Made by a program: the position numbers and the translations under genes. A DNA stretch of 41,690 nt from positions 1-41,690 of IMG/VR virus record IMGVR_UViG_3300047550_000958; one strand, given 5' to 3'. The notes under the pieces were generated by a model, which searched no databases, was not told the origin of the DNA, and saw only the letters and a list, made by a program, of their open reading frames with translations. The DNA comes from a virus (Duplodnaviria > Caudoviricetes). Shown piece by piece: positions 1 to 9,491 of this stretch; within the stretch, counting starts at the first letter, position 1; each line of letters begins with the position of its first letter.

Positions 1-127
1 CGGCGTGCGCTTCTTAGCTGTCACGCGGGATGAGATACCACTCAACACTTCACGCGCAACACTTTTCTGTAGGAATCTACGGCTTGAGCTGGTTGATGCG
101 TGTGATCTCCACCGCACCGTACTGCTC
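1..127 (+). repeat. Exact 127-bp direct repeat, copy 1
   Basis: Identical to 39333-39459; first mismatch at 128 (C) vs 39460 (T). Confidence 0.95.
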
Positions 128-673
128 CGGAATACCAGCAAAGTCCGTGGCGATACCCAAGCCATCACCAGACTGCTCACGCTCCACCTGATACCGAATC
201 TGATAGCTGGTCTCCTTCTTGGGCGTCACCAGTGCGTCGAGCGTGATGACACCCATGACGCCTCCAGAGAAGTGACCGTTGATGGACCAAGCCTCGGTGG
301 TCTGATCCGTGCCGTTCCACAGCGCCATCCTTGTGTTCAACGTGTGATGGAATACGAAGGTCGCCTTGATCTTGTACTTGCCCGGCTCGAGCGTGAACGT
401 GTTACCAGCCAGCCTCTCAACGGTCTCACCCTGATCGTAGGTGACATCGTTGATAGCCCGAGGGGTCCAATCCACCACCGTCTGATCTGCAGTGTACGAC
501 GTCTGGTCACCAGTGATGGTGGTCATGTCCGCCGTGATGGCCATTGTAGCCGACCCACCATCCTCGCCGGTGGGCAGCTCCATCGTAAGCACCGCATTAC
601 GCACCAGAAGCCCGTCAACGTCGGACCGCAGCTTGTTGATGAGCGCGTTGGATGTCTTGGGATCGTAGGCCAT
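77..673 (-). CDS. Putative virion protein, beta-rich C-terminus (allele A)
   Basis: 198 aa; TADxT-type repeats then a jelly-roll-like segment (NTFTLEPGKYKIKATF). About 86% identical (28 differences by hand count) to 39409-40005, with many synonymous changes, which supports coding. Confidence 0.8.
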   Translation of the reverse strand: MAYDPKTSNALINKLRSDVDGLLVRNAVLTMELPTGEDGGSATMAITADMTTITGDQTSYTADQTVVDWTPRAINDVTYDQGETVERLAGNTFTLEPGKYKIKATFVFHHTLNTRMALWNGTDQTTEAWSINGHFSGGVMGVITLDALVTPKKETSYQIRYQVEREQSGDGLGIATDFAGIPEQYGAVEITRINQLKP

Positions 674-675
674 GG

Positions 676-3600
676 CTACCTTAGCTTCTTCTCTATCATT
701 CGCTGCGCGTCATCCACAGAACCGACTACGCCAGCCAAGGAACCATCTGGGGAGTATACCCTGAACTTGCTCTTGGTCTTTCCCGGAAGGATGCGGTAGC
801 CCGACATTGAGTAGGCACCGGGGATGGATGGGTCTGGGACCAGTGCGGGCATGTACCGTATATCCGCGCTGCTCTGCTGAAACCGTTGGCTGAGAGGGAT
901 GATGTTGCCCGCATCGTCGCGGGTAATGGGGTCGGCGGATTTGATCTGGGATGGGTCGAATACGCTCATCTGAGCAGGGCTGTCTCCAAACTTTGTTTTC
1001 AATGTTCCGGATGCTATCACAGCATCAAACCCTGCATCTTTCGCCTTCTGTATGGTTTCCGCATCCGTTGCTCCGGGGAACATTTCAAACAACTTGTTTG
1101 CGGCATCAGTGGCATCTTTTCCAATGATTGGATTTTTTGCCATTGCATACGCTTTCAAAACCTTGTTTCCACCAATCCGTTTTGCGTATGAAGTCGCCGA
1201 ACCTTCATCAAACGCCACATAAATGCCGGGACCAAAGTTGCCAATACGGCTTGGCTTGAACTCCGTGAACTCTGCGTTGGTTCCATGATACACCGGCCCC
1301 ACGTTATACCCCGCCGCTTTCGCCGCCTGATCCACGAGTTCCTGTGCCTTAGCCGTATCCCCAGCTTCCACCGCTGATAGATACTCGGCATCCGAAGGCA
1401 TGAAGCGAGGCCCAGACGGTTGCGCCTGAGCCTCACCCGAGGTCACATCCCCCGCTTGTCGAACCGGCCCGAGTGCTTGCCTGCCTTCTTCTCGGCCTTG
1501 CGTGCGGTCGAGAGCGCGATTGCGATTGCCTGCTTCTGCGGTTTGCCCGACTTCATTTCGCGCCGGATATTGCTGCTGATCGTTTTCTGGCTGTAGCCTT
1601 GTTTGAGTGGCATTTGCTTTCCTTTGTGCTTGTTCTGCGGAGTCATAGATCCCGAGGAGCTTTCCTTCGGGACCATACAACCGAAACTTGTTGCCGCTGG
1701 TTAGGATCGTGAACCCTGCACCAGACTTCCACGCCTGCTCCTCGCCCACGGATCCCGCAGGCATGAAGCGATCCTTCATCTTCTTGTAGGCGCTCTCAGA
1801 GAACTTCGCCCTGAAGTCAGACGGATCCATCTGACCCATGCGGTCCAACCGGAAGCTGTGAATGAACTCGGAGCCACCCTTTTCGGCGGAGTTCATGAAG
1901 TTCCCGAAGAACTCAGCCTTGTCCGGACCAAACAGATTGCGGCTAGGAATGGCGTTTTCCTTGCGGTCGAGGTTGGTCAGGTAGGCGTTCAGTTCACCAA
2001 GGAACTCACCAACGTTGCCCCACAGGCCACCAACGGAGCCGTCAGGACGGATAGATCTTTGCAGAGATTTCCTAACCTGCGTCAGGTCGATTGCTCGGAC
2101 GTAGGAGTTGTTCTCCTTGGACAACAGCAGGTTATACGGCAGGACCTCGCGGAACGTCACTCGCCTCGATGCATACTTGGTGCGCCAACGCTTAGAGGTC
2201 GGATCCTGAACCTTCTCGGTGGCCGGGTAGTACTCAACAAACAGCGACCGTCCTTCGTTGATGCTGCGATTGGTCATCTCCAGCCGCTGCTTCATCTGAG
2301 ACGACACCGAAGAACCCTTGATGGCGTCCAACTGTTCCGGGCTGAGATCGCCGACCACCTCGCCGTTGATGTCGATCTTGGCTCCGGGCAGTCCGTCGAT
2401 GATCTGCTTGAGCGCCGTGACGTCTCGGGTCTCACGCTGCAACAGCTCGCCGTTGGTCAGCAGCCGCACCTCTCCGGTAGGCAAACGCTCCGCGAAGCCA
2501 CCACGGACCGCGTAATCAGCAGCCACTGGGTCCAGAATGGCCTTCTGGTCGATCTTGAAGGACTTCTGATAGTCCGCGTTCAGCAGGGCCTCGTCGATGT
2601 TCTCACGAGCCTTCAGAAGCCTTCGCAGGGCAGCGTCTAGTGCTGGGGAGGCGTTCTTGATCTCTGGGAACAGCACCGAGTCGGTAGGCGTGATTCCGAA
2701 CGTCCGCTCGATGAGTTGACCGATCTTTGACCCAACACGGCTGGCCTCCTGAAGAAGCAGCATGTCTGTGAAGTTCTGTCGCGTAGATCCAAACCCGCGC
2801 AGGAATGCGTCTGGCTTCTGAGACGACAGGATCCGTCCAACCTGCTCCGCTGCCAGCTCCTCGCCAACGTAAACCGCACGGTCCGATGCCGTCGGGTTGT
2901 CCGCAATGACCTTGGTCCGGGTCTCCTCCGGAAGCATCATCACGTACTGATTAAACAGCTCCTCGACCTTGGCTGGAGTATATTGCCCCTCGCTGACCAG
3001 CCTCACCGTCCCGTCTGGGTTGGGCACATAGGCTCCGGTCAGAATCTCGACGAAACCCGTTACGTCGCCTTGGAACTGCTTGGTCTTGGCCAGTGCGTGC
3101 AGCAGCTCGTGACCCAGCGTGTAGATCGGGCTGTCACCCTTCACCTTGGGCATCGCGTCGACGTTGATGAGGATGCGTGGAGTGGCCGCATTCTCGTCAG
3201 GGACAACGCCACGAGCAGTGACACCAGCACGCTTCTTGAACTCGTCACCGCGCAGGATCTCGACACCAATGTCTCCGCGAGTGCCTTTGATGAGGCTCTC
3301 CAGATCCATCAGGTTGGCCGCAGTGTCAGTTCCGAACCGCTCTTGGACAGACTGGTAGGCCGCCTTCTTCTCCGGTGCCAGCGTGTCAACGTAGGTGGTC
3401 AGGTCGTTGAGTCGTGCAGCCTTGGCCTCACTTCCAGTCAGTGTTTGCAGACCACGAGCGCCAAGAGAACCAAGAGCACCAGCCACACCTCCGGATCCAA
3501 TTCCGGAAGCAGCTCCTTCCTCTCCTCCAGATAGATAGCCAAGAGCACCACCAACAGCAGCGCCTTCCAGCGATCCAGCAGTTCCTGCAAGTGCAGTACG

Positions 3601-4605
3601 TAGTGCAGCATCTCCACCATAACGTCCAATGGTTCCGATGATCCTTTGCCGCATGTTGGCCTCTGGGATGGCACCAACAGCCTCCAAGGCACCGATACGG
3701 GTCGGCGCACGGCCCATCTGAGCACCGGCAGCTTCTAATGCTCTTCCAAAGTCTGTGGCCGTCTCGGCAATCAATGGGACAGCACCAACAAACCCGACAG
3801 CAGGACCAGCTCCAGTTGCAGCTAGAACCCCAGAAGTAGCCGCTGCACCCCGGAGAGCTTCCGGAGAAACACCGACCGCCTCGGTTACGAACTGAGAAGC
3901 TGCCTTGGAAGCCGCCTCGATTGGCCTAGACACGGCTTGGATACCTTTGCCAGTAGCTCTAACAGCCTTCCCAACAGCCTTTGCCGCAAGCGTCTCTGCA
4001 CCCAACATCTGACCAATACCCGGCATGACCATAGTTGGGTCAGCGATCATTGCCACGGCTTGGACAAAGTCGGGGTTCGTTAGCTCCTTTGGAAGGTACG
4101 ACAGCTCACCGCGCTCATATTTGGCCAAGTCGTTATTGAATCGACGAGCCTCGATGAATTGCTTTCTCTGGGAATCGACAGTTCCGCTGCCCGCCATCAG
4201 ATCCTTCAGCGCAAATAACGCACTGTTTGGATCCTGAGATTGAGCAAGCATCCCATAGAACTGGTTAAATCCTTGACCAATTCCCTCGATGTAGTTTGCA
4301 GGGTTAAGCGCAGCACCTTCAACCACGCCAGCAGCAGCCCCACGGCCAGCAAGCCCAAGCATGTAATCTACGCCTTGAGCTATAGAATCAACGAAATCAA
4401 CCTGCTTTGTCTTGGCGTAATCCTTGTAAAGTTTGAACTCGTCCGTGGTTGGCTCGTAGGTTGGATCAGCCGCAAGCCTTTCCGCAATCTCGGCACCGTT
4501 GACTGGGAACTGCTTTTCGATCTGTAGCCTAGCCTCCTCCAGAGGCACGTCATCAGCCACCTCGACTGTTCCACGACCTCCGGGGATCTCGACTGTGTAG
4601 GGCAT
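676..4605 (-). CDS. Large internal virion (ejection) protein, polyvalent: zincin-like metallopeptidase motif plus ART-PolyVal-like ADP-ribosyltransferase domain (allele A)
   Basis: 1309 aa, last of the ejection-gene block. Gly/Ala-rich membrane-like N-half; HELLH (3097-3111) with downstream EELAAE; YHGT...FGPGIY...FDPSQIKS module at 853-1401. Confidence 0.8.
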   Translation of the reverse strand: MPYTVEIPGGRGTVEVADDVPLEEARLQIEKQFPVNGAEIAERLAADPTYEPTTDEFKLYKDYAKTKQVDFVDSIAQGVDYMLGLAGRGAAAGVVEGAALNPANYIEGIGQGFNQFYGMLAQSQDPNSALFALKDLMAGSGTVDSQRKQFIEARRFNNDLAKYERGELSYLPKELTNPDFVQAVAMIADPTMVMPGIGQMLGAETLAAKAVGKAVRATGKGIQAVSRPIEAASKAASQFVTEAVGVSPEALRGAAATSGVLAATGAGPAVGFVGAVPLIAETATDFGRALEAAGAQMGRAPTRIGALEAVGAIPEANMRQRIIGTIGRYGGDAALRTALAGTAGSLEGAAVGGALGYLSGGEEGAASGIGSGGVAGALGSLGARGLQTLTGSEAKAARLNDLTTYVDTLAPEKKAAYQSVQERFGTDTAANLMDLESLIKGTRGDIGVEILRGDEFKKRAGVTARGVVPDENAATPRILINVDAMPKVKGDSPIYTLGHELLHALAKTKQFQGDVTGFVEILTGAYVPNPDGTVRLVSEGQYTPAKVEELFNQYVMMLPEETRTKVIADNPTASDRAVYVGEELAAEQVGRILSSQKPDAFLRGFGSTRQNFTDMLLLQEASRVGSKIGQLIERTFGITPTDSVLFPEIKNASPALDAALRRLLKARENIDEALLNADYQKSFKIDQKAILDPVAADYAVRGGFAERLPTGEVRLLTNGELLQRETRDVTALKQIIDGLPGAKIDINGEVVGDLSPEQLDAIKGSSVSSQMKQRLEMTNRSINEGRSLFVEYYPATEKVQDPTSKRWRTKYASRRVTFREVLPYNLLLSKENNSYVRAIDLTQVRKSLQRSIRPDGSVGGLWGNVGEFLGELNAYLTNLDRKENAIPSRNLFGPDKAEFFGNFMNSAEKGGSEFIHSFRLDRMGQMDPSDFRAKFSESAYKKMKDRFMPAGSVGEEQAWKSGAGFTILTSGNKFRLYGPEGKLLGIYDSAEQAQRKANATQTRLQPENDQQQYPARNEVGQTAEAGNRNRALDRTQGREEGRQALGPVRQAGDVTSGEAQAQPSGPRFMPSDAEYLSAVEAGDTAKAQELVDQAAKAAGYNVGPVYHGTNAEFTEFKPSRIGNFGPGIYVAFDEGSATSYAKRIGGNKVLKAYAMAKNPIIGKDATDAANKLFEMFPGATDAETIQKAKDAGFDAVIASGTLKTKFGDSPAQMSVFDPSQIKSADPITRDDAGNIIPLSQRFQQSSADIRYMPALVPDPSIPGAYSMSGYRILPGKTKSKFRVYSPDGSLAGVVGSVDDAQRMIEKKLR
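1443..1613 (-). CDS. Nested +1-frame small basic phage protein (56 aa, [34 protein letters not shown]...)
   Basis: Matches, from recall, the widespread MPLKKGxSQKTISxNI...GKPQKQAxAIAL small phage family. Preceded by AAAGGAAAGCAA-ATG (SD-like). The host frame here reads as a low-complexity R/G/E/Q linker. Confidence 0.75.
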   Translation of the reverse strand: MPLKQGYSQKTISSNIRREMKSGKPQKQAIAIALSTARKAEKKAGKHSGRFDKRGM

Positions 4606-6389
4606 TACTGAACGGGTTTGATTTCTTTTCCACGAGTCAATGTGTACCGACCAGAAGAGGGACCAGATTCGGTAACTCCGGAAGAACCCGGCACCCTTCT
4701 TCCAGTGATCTGCTCGTAGACTGACGTTCTGCGTTCAATCTCAGCCAACTGGTTTTCAATTGCTGCCTTGGCAACAGAAGGACGCACGCCGACTCCAAGC
4801 GGTATGAGGTATTTCTTTGCAGCAGCAACTTCGCCTTCACGCGCAACTGACCCCGGATCAACAATCTTCGCATACATGATGGCAACCTTGTATGGGATTG
4901 AATCGAGAAGGACAGACCCCTTGGGATCAAGGAACTCGGATGTCCCGTATTTGTCGATGGCGTTGTTAAGCTCGGCGAGAGATGTCCTATACTCAGACAC
5001 GTTGGACATGAACGCCTTGTCTGCTTCTGTAAGAGGCTGGTTGGGTTGTTTGACAGGTGGAATGATGTCCACCTTCCCGTCAGCTCTAATCACTGTGATG
5101 CCTTCAGGAGTTACAGAAGACTCGACCTGTATTGGCCTCTTTGTTCCTGCCATCTCCAGCACCTTGTCAATGGAAGCAAAAGCCTCCGGAGCCATGCCCT
5201 TGGTGCGAGCAAAGTCTACAAGTTGCCTCCTCAAATCTTCGTAAGGCACCTGCTGCTGTGACTGCACTGTCCGTGTCCTAGTTTCAAAAGCAGGAGCAAC
5301 TGGTGCAGCTTTAGCCTGCTGACTAACAGCCGCAGGTTTCCCAACAGTTTCAATCTGTGCTCTGAGCTGTTGAGCCTTTGCTCGATCTTCTGATGCCTTT
5401 TGACGAAGTTGAGATGTGACTGAAAAAACCTCCTCTGACTGCCTTCTAAATTGTTCTTGAGCAACTTCCTGCTCCAAAGGAGTTGGAGTCCTTGTTTGTC
5501 CCTGTAGTGATGGAATCCTGATTCCAGTTCCAGAACCGGCCATCGAAGCGCCTAGCGCCGTCTGTGAATACGGAGCCTGAGTGGCATTGAGCGCAGCCTG
5601 TTGTTGCTTAAGCTGGTTTTCACGAGTTATTGCCTCACGCTCATTAAGGACTGCAAGATTTTCAAGAGAATCAGCTTCTTGCTTGAGGGCCAACCTTTGC
5701 TTTGCAACCTCCTCAATTGTTGGTTGAGGTGCTTGCGCCTTAGTTGTTGCTGGAACCTGTCCAACAGGAGGAGGAACAGGAACTTGATAAGCCTCTTGGA
5801 CATCGACTCTGCGCGTGGTCGGAAGCCCCATGGCTTGTTTCGTCAGTTCGTCGATTTGACCCCTTGTAGCAGCTTCGCGACGAGCCTTATCAAGTTCGAT
5901 TTGACCAAGCTCACGTTTCATCTCCTGCTCCCCGCGCTGCTGGTACTGCTGGAGCACCATTGCCATGTCGCCGATTGCGGCCTTCTTCTTGGCCACGCTC
6001 ATGTCCCCGAACTTCTCTCCTAGACCAACCATCCGGTTGAGCATGGAGCGATCCGTCTCAGCCTTCTTGCTGAACCTCTGAAGGTCAGCCTCGGTGACGC
6101 CTTGAGGCAACTGCCCCGTCTCGTAGTAGTTCTGGAGAGCCTGATAGCTAGGATCACTAGCCAGAGCCTGCTGCGCCATGCCACTCAACGTCTCAAAGGT
6201 CTGCGTAGCGGCCTCGTTTTCGGCCTTGTTTGTCTGATAGCGCTGGATCGCCTGACCAATCCCAGCGCCAAGCTGTGCAATGCCAGCGGCTAGATACCGT
6301 CCCGGTGCCGTGGCCGTCTCCATGTAGCCGGGTGGGAGCACCGGCTGACGCGTTCCAGTGTATTGCGTGGAGTATCCGTATTCGGCCAT
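4605..6389 (-). CDS. Internal virion / DNA-transfer (ejection) protein
   Basis: 594 aa, Q/A/E-rich coiled coil; N-terminal GIAQLGAGIGQAI; C-terminal KIVDPGSVAREGE motif typical of podophage ejection proteins; TAATG coupling to the next gene. Confidence 0.7.
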   Translation of the reverse strand: MAEYGYSTQYTGTRQPVLPPGYMETATAPGRYLAAGIAQLGAGIGQAIQRYQTNKAENEAATQTFETLSGMAQQALASDPSYQALQNYYETGQLPQGVTEADLQRFSKKAETDRSMLNRMVGLGEKFGDMSVAKKKAAIGDMAMVLQQYQQRGEQEMKRELGQIELDKARREAATRGQIDELTKQAMGLPTTRRVDVQEAYQVPVPPPVGQVPATTKAQAPQPTIEEVAKQRLALKQEADSLENLAVLNEREAITRENQLKQQQAALNATQAPYSQTALGASMAGSGTGIRIPSLQGQTRTPTPLEQEVAQEQFRRQSEEVFSVTSQLRQKASEDRAKAQQLRAQIETVGKPAAVSQQAKAAPVAPAFETRTRTVQSQQQVPYEDLRRQLVDFARTKGMAPEAFASIDKVLEMAGTKRPIQVESSVTPEGITVIRADGKVDIIPPVKQPNQPLTEADKAFMSNVSEYRTSLAELNNAIDKYGTSEFLDPKGSVLLDSIPYKVAIMYAKIVDPGSVAREGEVAAAKKYLIPLGVGVRPSVAKAAIENQLAEIERRTSVYEQITGRRVPGSSGVTESGPSSGRYTLTRGKEIKPVQ

Positions 6390-6392
6390 ATG

Positions 6393-6818
6393 TTAGTCCT
6401 CGTGCTGAGAATGGTACGCTGCTTCCCGCAGCTTCAATGAAATTGCCCTCATGTTGGCCCAGCCGCCGACAATCCAAGCCACGGCTAGGATCATGTCGTT
6501 GCCGCACTGCCGGATCACGTCAGCCACACGCTGCTTCCACGGCTCGTCCGATGTCTCCCAAGCCACGCTGTCCGCGTATGTGTTGGTGATTGAGGCTATC
6601 ACCGGCTGGAGACGCCAAGCGTTCTGGAGGTAAAACGGAGTCGAATACAAGGCGTTGGCGCACATGAGAACCCGCAACAGGTTCTCTGGGTTGTAGGCGG
6701 TGTCCCCGTCGATGAGATCGTCAATCTGGTGGCAGTAGCCGTGGAACGCGATGACAAATGCCAAGGCGTCTTGATTGCCCATGCAGGCGTCGCTGTAGAT
6801 GGAGACAATCTCCTTCAT
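6393..6818 (-). CDS. Helical DDxxD-motif protein (isoprenoid-synthase-like fold, putative)
   Basis: 141 aa; HQIDDLIDGD and TPFY...YADSVAWE motifs; ATGA overlap with the upstream gene. Confidence 0.55.
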   Translation of the reverse strand: MKEIVSIYSDACMGNQDALAFVIAFHGYCHQIDDLIDGDTAYNPENLLRVLMCANALYSTPFYLQNAWRLQPVIASITNTYADSVAWETSDEPWKQRVADVIRQCGNDMILAVAWIVGGWANMRAISLKLREAAYHSQHED

Positions 6819-7546
6819 GCGTGCTGCTCGTAAAACTCATTCTGCATTGCGCGAGAAGCCCTTAACAACTTCGGATCTGAGAGCAGCTTCCGATGCATGT
6901 CTTGGAACCCCGGCATCGACTTCTCAACGATGTCCGACCAAGTGCCAGCGTGAATGTGGCTATAAGTTAAAAGCGTATCTGAGCAGAATTGTTTTCCGCC
7001 GATGGAATTAAACAGCAACGAACAAGTATCGTAAAACCTAGTTCCATTGGCGGTTGGAATTACGACAGCTTTGAACAAATCAATATGCGGAGTGAATTGA
7101 GTCACCCCTATTTTAGACTTCCACTTGCTGATCTCACATCTAAGCAACAACGGGTGAATGCATAGCAAAGACGTGTGGAATCGAGGCTCTGTCTTGCATT
7201 TTGCCACCGGACATTTGAAAGCAGGAACATAGTCTCCAGCCAGCGCATCTTCCAGATACTGCTCATACGGAAACCTTGAGAAGAAAACCAAATCAGGATC
7301 GGCTATTACAAATGGATCCTCCTCGGACATCACTAGGTTCCTGATCCAATCACCATGCACCATTTGCTCGGATCGGAACTTAACATCCGCATCGAGACTA
7401 GATAGATAACTGTTGAAGTTGTGGTCACCCTGAACATCCACATGCACATCCGCATCTGGGAAACCAGTTCGGATGGAATCAAACGTCAGCGTGGACGTCT
7501 GATACGGCGCATTCTTGCGTATGGTGCAAAGTATGAAGACTTTCAT
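6815..7546 (-). CDS. Putative GT-A fold glycosyltransferase / nucleotide-diphospho-sugar transferase
   Basis: 243 aa; N-terminal beta strand KVFILCT, DxD motif FVIADPDLVFF, late HIHAGTW. Confidence 0.55.
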   Translation of the reverse strand: MKVFILCTIRKNAPYQTSTLTFDSIRTGFPDADVHVDVQGDHNFNSYLSSLDADVKFRSEQMVHGDWIRNLVMSEEDPFVIADPDLVFFSRFPYEQYLEDALAGDYVPAFKCPVAKCKTEPRFHTSLLCIHPLLLRCEISKWKSKIGVTQFTPHIDLFKAVVIPTANGTRFYDTCSLLFNSIGGKQFCSDTLLTYSHIHAGTWSDIVEKSMPGFQDMHRKLLSDPKLLRASRAMQNEFYEQHA

Positions 7547-7890
7547 GCTGGAACAAAGTCCACCGCAGCACTGCTAGGTTTACCACGCCAAATCTCTAGG
7601 TTGGAAAACACCGAGAAGCTGTGGATCTTGGCCCCATGCACGGATCCAGCAGGCACATGGCGCGTCCATCCTGCGTTTCTCGTGCAGAGCGTCCGGCGCT
7701 TAGATCCAAGCATCCACTCAACGTTTCCAAGCCAATGCGTTATCCGTGAATCGCACTTCTCGTGACTGTGGAGCGGGATCACCTCTCCTCTTGGGCAGCA
7801 CCAAACCTCAAGCTGCCAGTTGAACAACCGAAACAGCTTTATTCCTACGCATCTCTGAAACCTCACGATCACAATCCAGAACCAAGCCAC
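7543..7890 (-). CDS. Cupin-fold protein
   Basis: 115 aa; PLHSHEKCD (cupin motif 1) and HVPAGSVHG (motif 2). Confidence 0.65.
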   Translation of the reverse strand: MAWFWIVIVRFQRCVGIKLFRLFNWQLEVWCCPRGEVIPLHSHEKCDSRITHWLGNVEWMLGSKRRTLCTRNAGWTRHVPAGSVHGAKIHSFSVFSNLEIWRGKPSSAAVDFVPA

Positions 7891-8246
7891 TTAGCGCTTG
7901 TTGCGATTTTGGATCCAGTGTACTTCGATCCGCTTTCGACACCTGAAATCAATTCGTTACGAAGATCGCTTTTGAGTTGGTCTCGTTGATTGAGCAACCC
8001 ACCAAACTCACCAACGATTCCACGTCCCATTTCTGGATCCAGACCCAGCTTCCTGATGTCATCGTCGGTCATTCCTTGCTCCTTAAGGAATTGAACCTGA
8101 CCGTATTGCCGATCCAACCCCTGAGCGTACCTAGCAAAACCAGATGAACCTTTGCCACCATATATCATTGGTGGTTGATACTGCTGTTGTGGTGCAGCAT
8201 ATCTTGCCATCGCGTTTCCAATCGGCTGCGAATATCCGTAGTTCAT
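7869..8246 (-). CDS. Hypothetical protein, possibly virion-internal
   Basis: 125 aa; ATGA overlap with the pilot-protein gene; Q/G-rich. Confidence 0.6.
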   Translation of the reverse strand: MNYGYSQPIGNAMARYAAPQQQYQPPMIYGGKGSSGFARYAQGLDRQYGQVQFLKEQGMTDDDIRKLGLDPEMGRGIVGEFGGLLNQRDQLKSDLRNELISGVESGSKYTGSKIATSAKWLGSGL

Positions 8247-9037
8247 AGCGATCCAGCCGCTCCAATCCCGGCAGCGTACAAGGCGGTGGTGTTAGCGGCT
8301 GATGCAGTCTTCGCGGCAAGCTGCTGCTGCACGTTCCCGCCATAGATGTCGCCGGCATATTGTGACTCAGGATTGAAGAGCATTCCAGGCCCCATCTGCT
8401 GACCCTGACCGAATGCCGTCGGGAGCATCCCAAACGCCTGCGAGGGACGTCCAAGGACCTGCTGGAACACGTCACCGTAGACGCCACGTTCAGCCGCCAG
8501 AGCGCCCATTGCCTGTTGCTGTCGCTGTTGCTGGAGCCCGGCGCCCATCATCTGGGATCGGACGGCTTCCTCGACAACGCCACGAGGACTTTCGGCAAGA
8601 CCGCGAGCCGCCATGGCGGATCGAGACTGCTGTTGCGCCAGGCGTTGCTGTTCGGGCGTCAGACGCGTTCCGGCGGCCAGAGCCGACTGGGCCTGAGACG
8701 TCAGTGTGTCGGCCAATCGAGCCGCTTCCGGAGATGCCGCCTGGATGGCAGCACGAGCGCGTGGCCCGAGCTTCTCGATATCGGCGATGTCACCGGCCCT
8801 GGAGATGCCGCGGGTCTGGACCTCGGTCTGGGCAAGTTGCGGGGCGATCTCGCCATAGATCGACGCCAACTCCGGCGCCAACTGACGCGCAATCTGTGCA
8901 TTGAGCGCAGCGTATTTTGGAGCAAATTCAGCTTCTGCGGCATACTTTTGCGGCGCTAGATCAATCTGCGCCTGCAACGTGTCTTTTGTCTCTTTGGCGT
9001 AATCTCTCGGAGGTGGTGCGTTGATGTCAGTTGCCAT
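8243..9037 (-). CDS. Small internal virion / pilot protein (P22 gp7-like position)
   Basis: 264 aa, A/Q-rich, Gly-rich hydrophobic C-terminus; first of the ejection genes. Confidence 0.65.
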   Translation of the reverse strand: MATDINAPPPRDYAKETKDTLQAQIDLAPQKYAAEAEFAPKYAALNAQIARQLAPELASIYGEIAPQLAQTEVQTRGISRAGDIADIEKLGPRARAAIQAASPEAARLADTLTSQAQSALAAGTRLTPEQQRLAQQQSRSAMAARGLAESPRGVVEEAVRSQMMGAGLQQQRQQQAMGALAAERGVYGDVFQQVLGRPSQAFGMLPTAFGQGQQMGPGMLFNPESQYAGDIYGGNVQQQLAAKTASAANTTALYAAGIGAAGSL

Positions 9038-9437
9038 AAAGTTTCTCTCCCATCTTGTAGATGTCCAAGGCTTGTCGGAATCTTCTTATCTTACCATGAC
9101 GAACTCCAAAAGCTGGCAAAGTTGCCGCATCGGATCGTCTGGTGAACATTTCCGCGAATGCCGCCATGATCGCAGTAGGCGTATCGCCTGCGATCTGATC
9201 CCAGAACCAATAGCGACCATGTTTGGTTGGTTCCTGCCATTGGAATGCCTCCACCTGCATCTCCTCCGTAGGCCAACCGATCACGATAGCCTTAATTTTT
9301 CCGTGGTCGTCCACGGCGGCGACGAGCTGGTTCCTCTCGATCTGCCACATCACATAGTCCTCCAGAGCTTCCATGGTCCACCCCTTGAAGCTGTTGGGGA
9401 GCTTCTGCAATAGGTACTGGACTAGTTTCTGAAGCAT
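9027..9437 (-). CDS. Virion-assembly protein, possibly GNAT-like (T7 gp13 / P22 gp14 position)
   Basis: 136 aa with alpha/beta pattern, lying between the fibre and ejection genes; call is mainly syntenic. Confidence 0.45.
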   Translation of the reverse strand: MLQKLVQYLLQKLPNSFKGWTMEALEDYVMWQIERNQLVAAVDDHGKIKAIVIGWPTEEMQVEAFQWQEPTKHGRYWFWDQIAGDTPTAIMAAFAEMFTRRSDAATLPAFGVRHGKIRRFRQALDIYKMGEKLYGN

Positions 9438-9491
9438 TAGTGATTACTTGTGGCGAAGGTTTAAAGCGAAGGACGCGGATTCGCATACAAA

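Noticed and set aside
1-127. Biological direct terminal repeat or attL/attR
   Set aside because: The repeat cuts through coding sequence, homology continues in diverged form beyond it, its length equals a common assembler k, and there is no integrase.
77-673. Diversity-generating retroelement (template/variable repeat) between the two 198-aa copies
   Set aside because: No reverse transcriptase; differences are spread out, largely synonymous and not adenine-specific.
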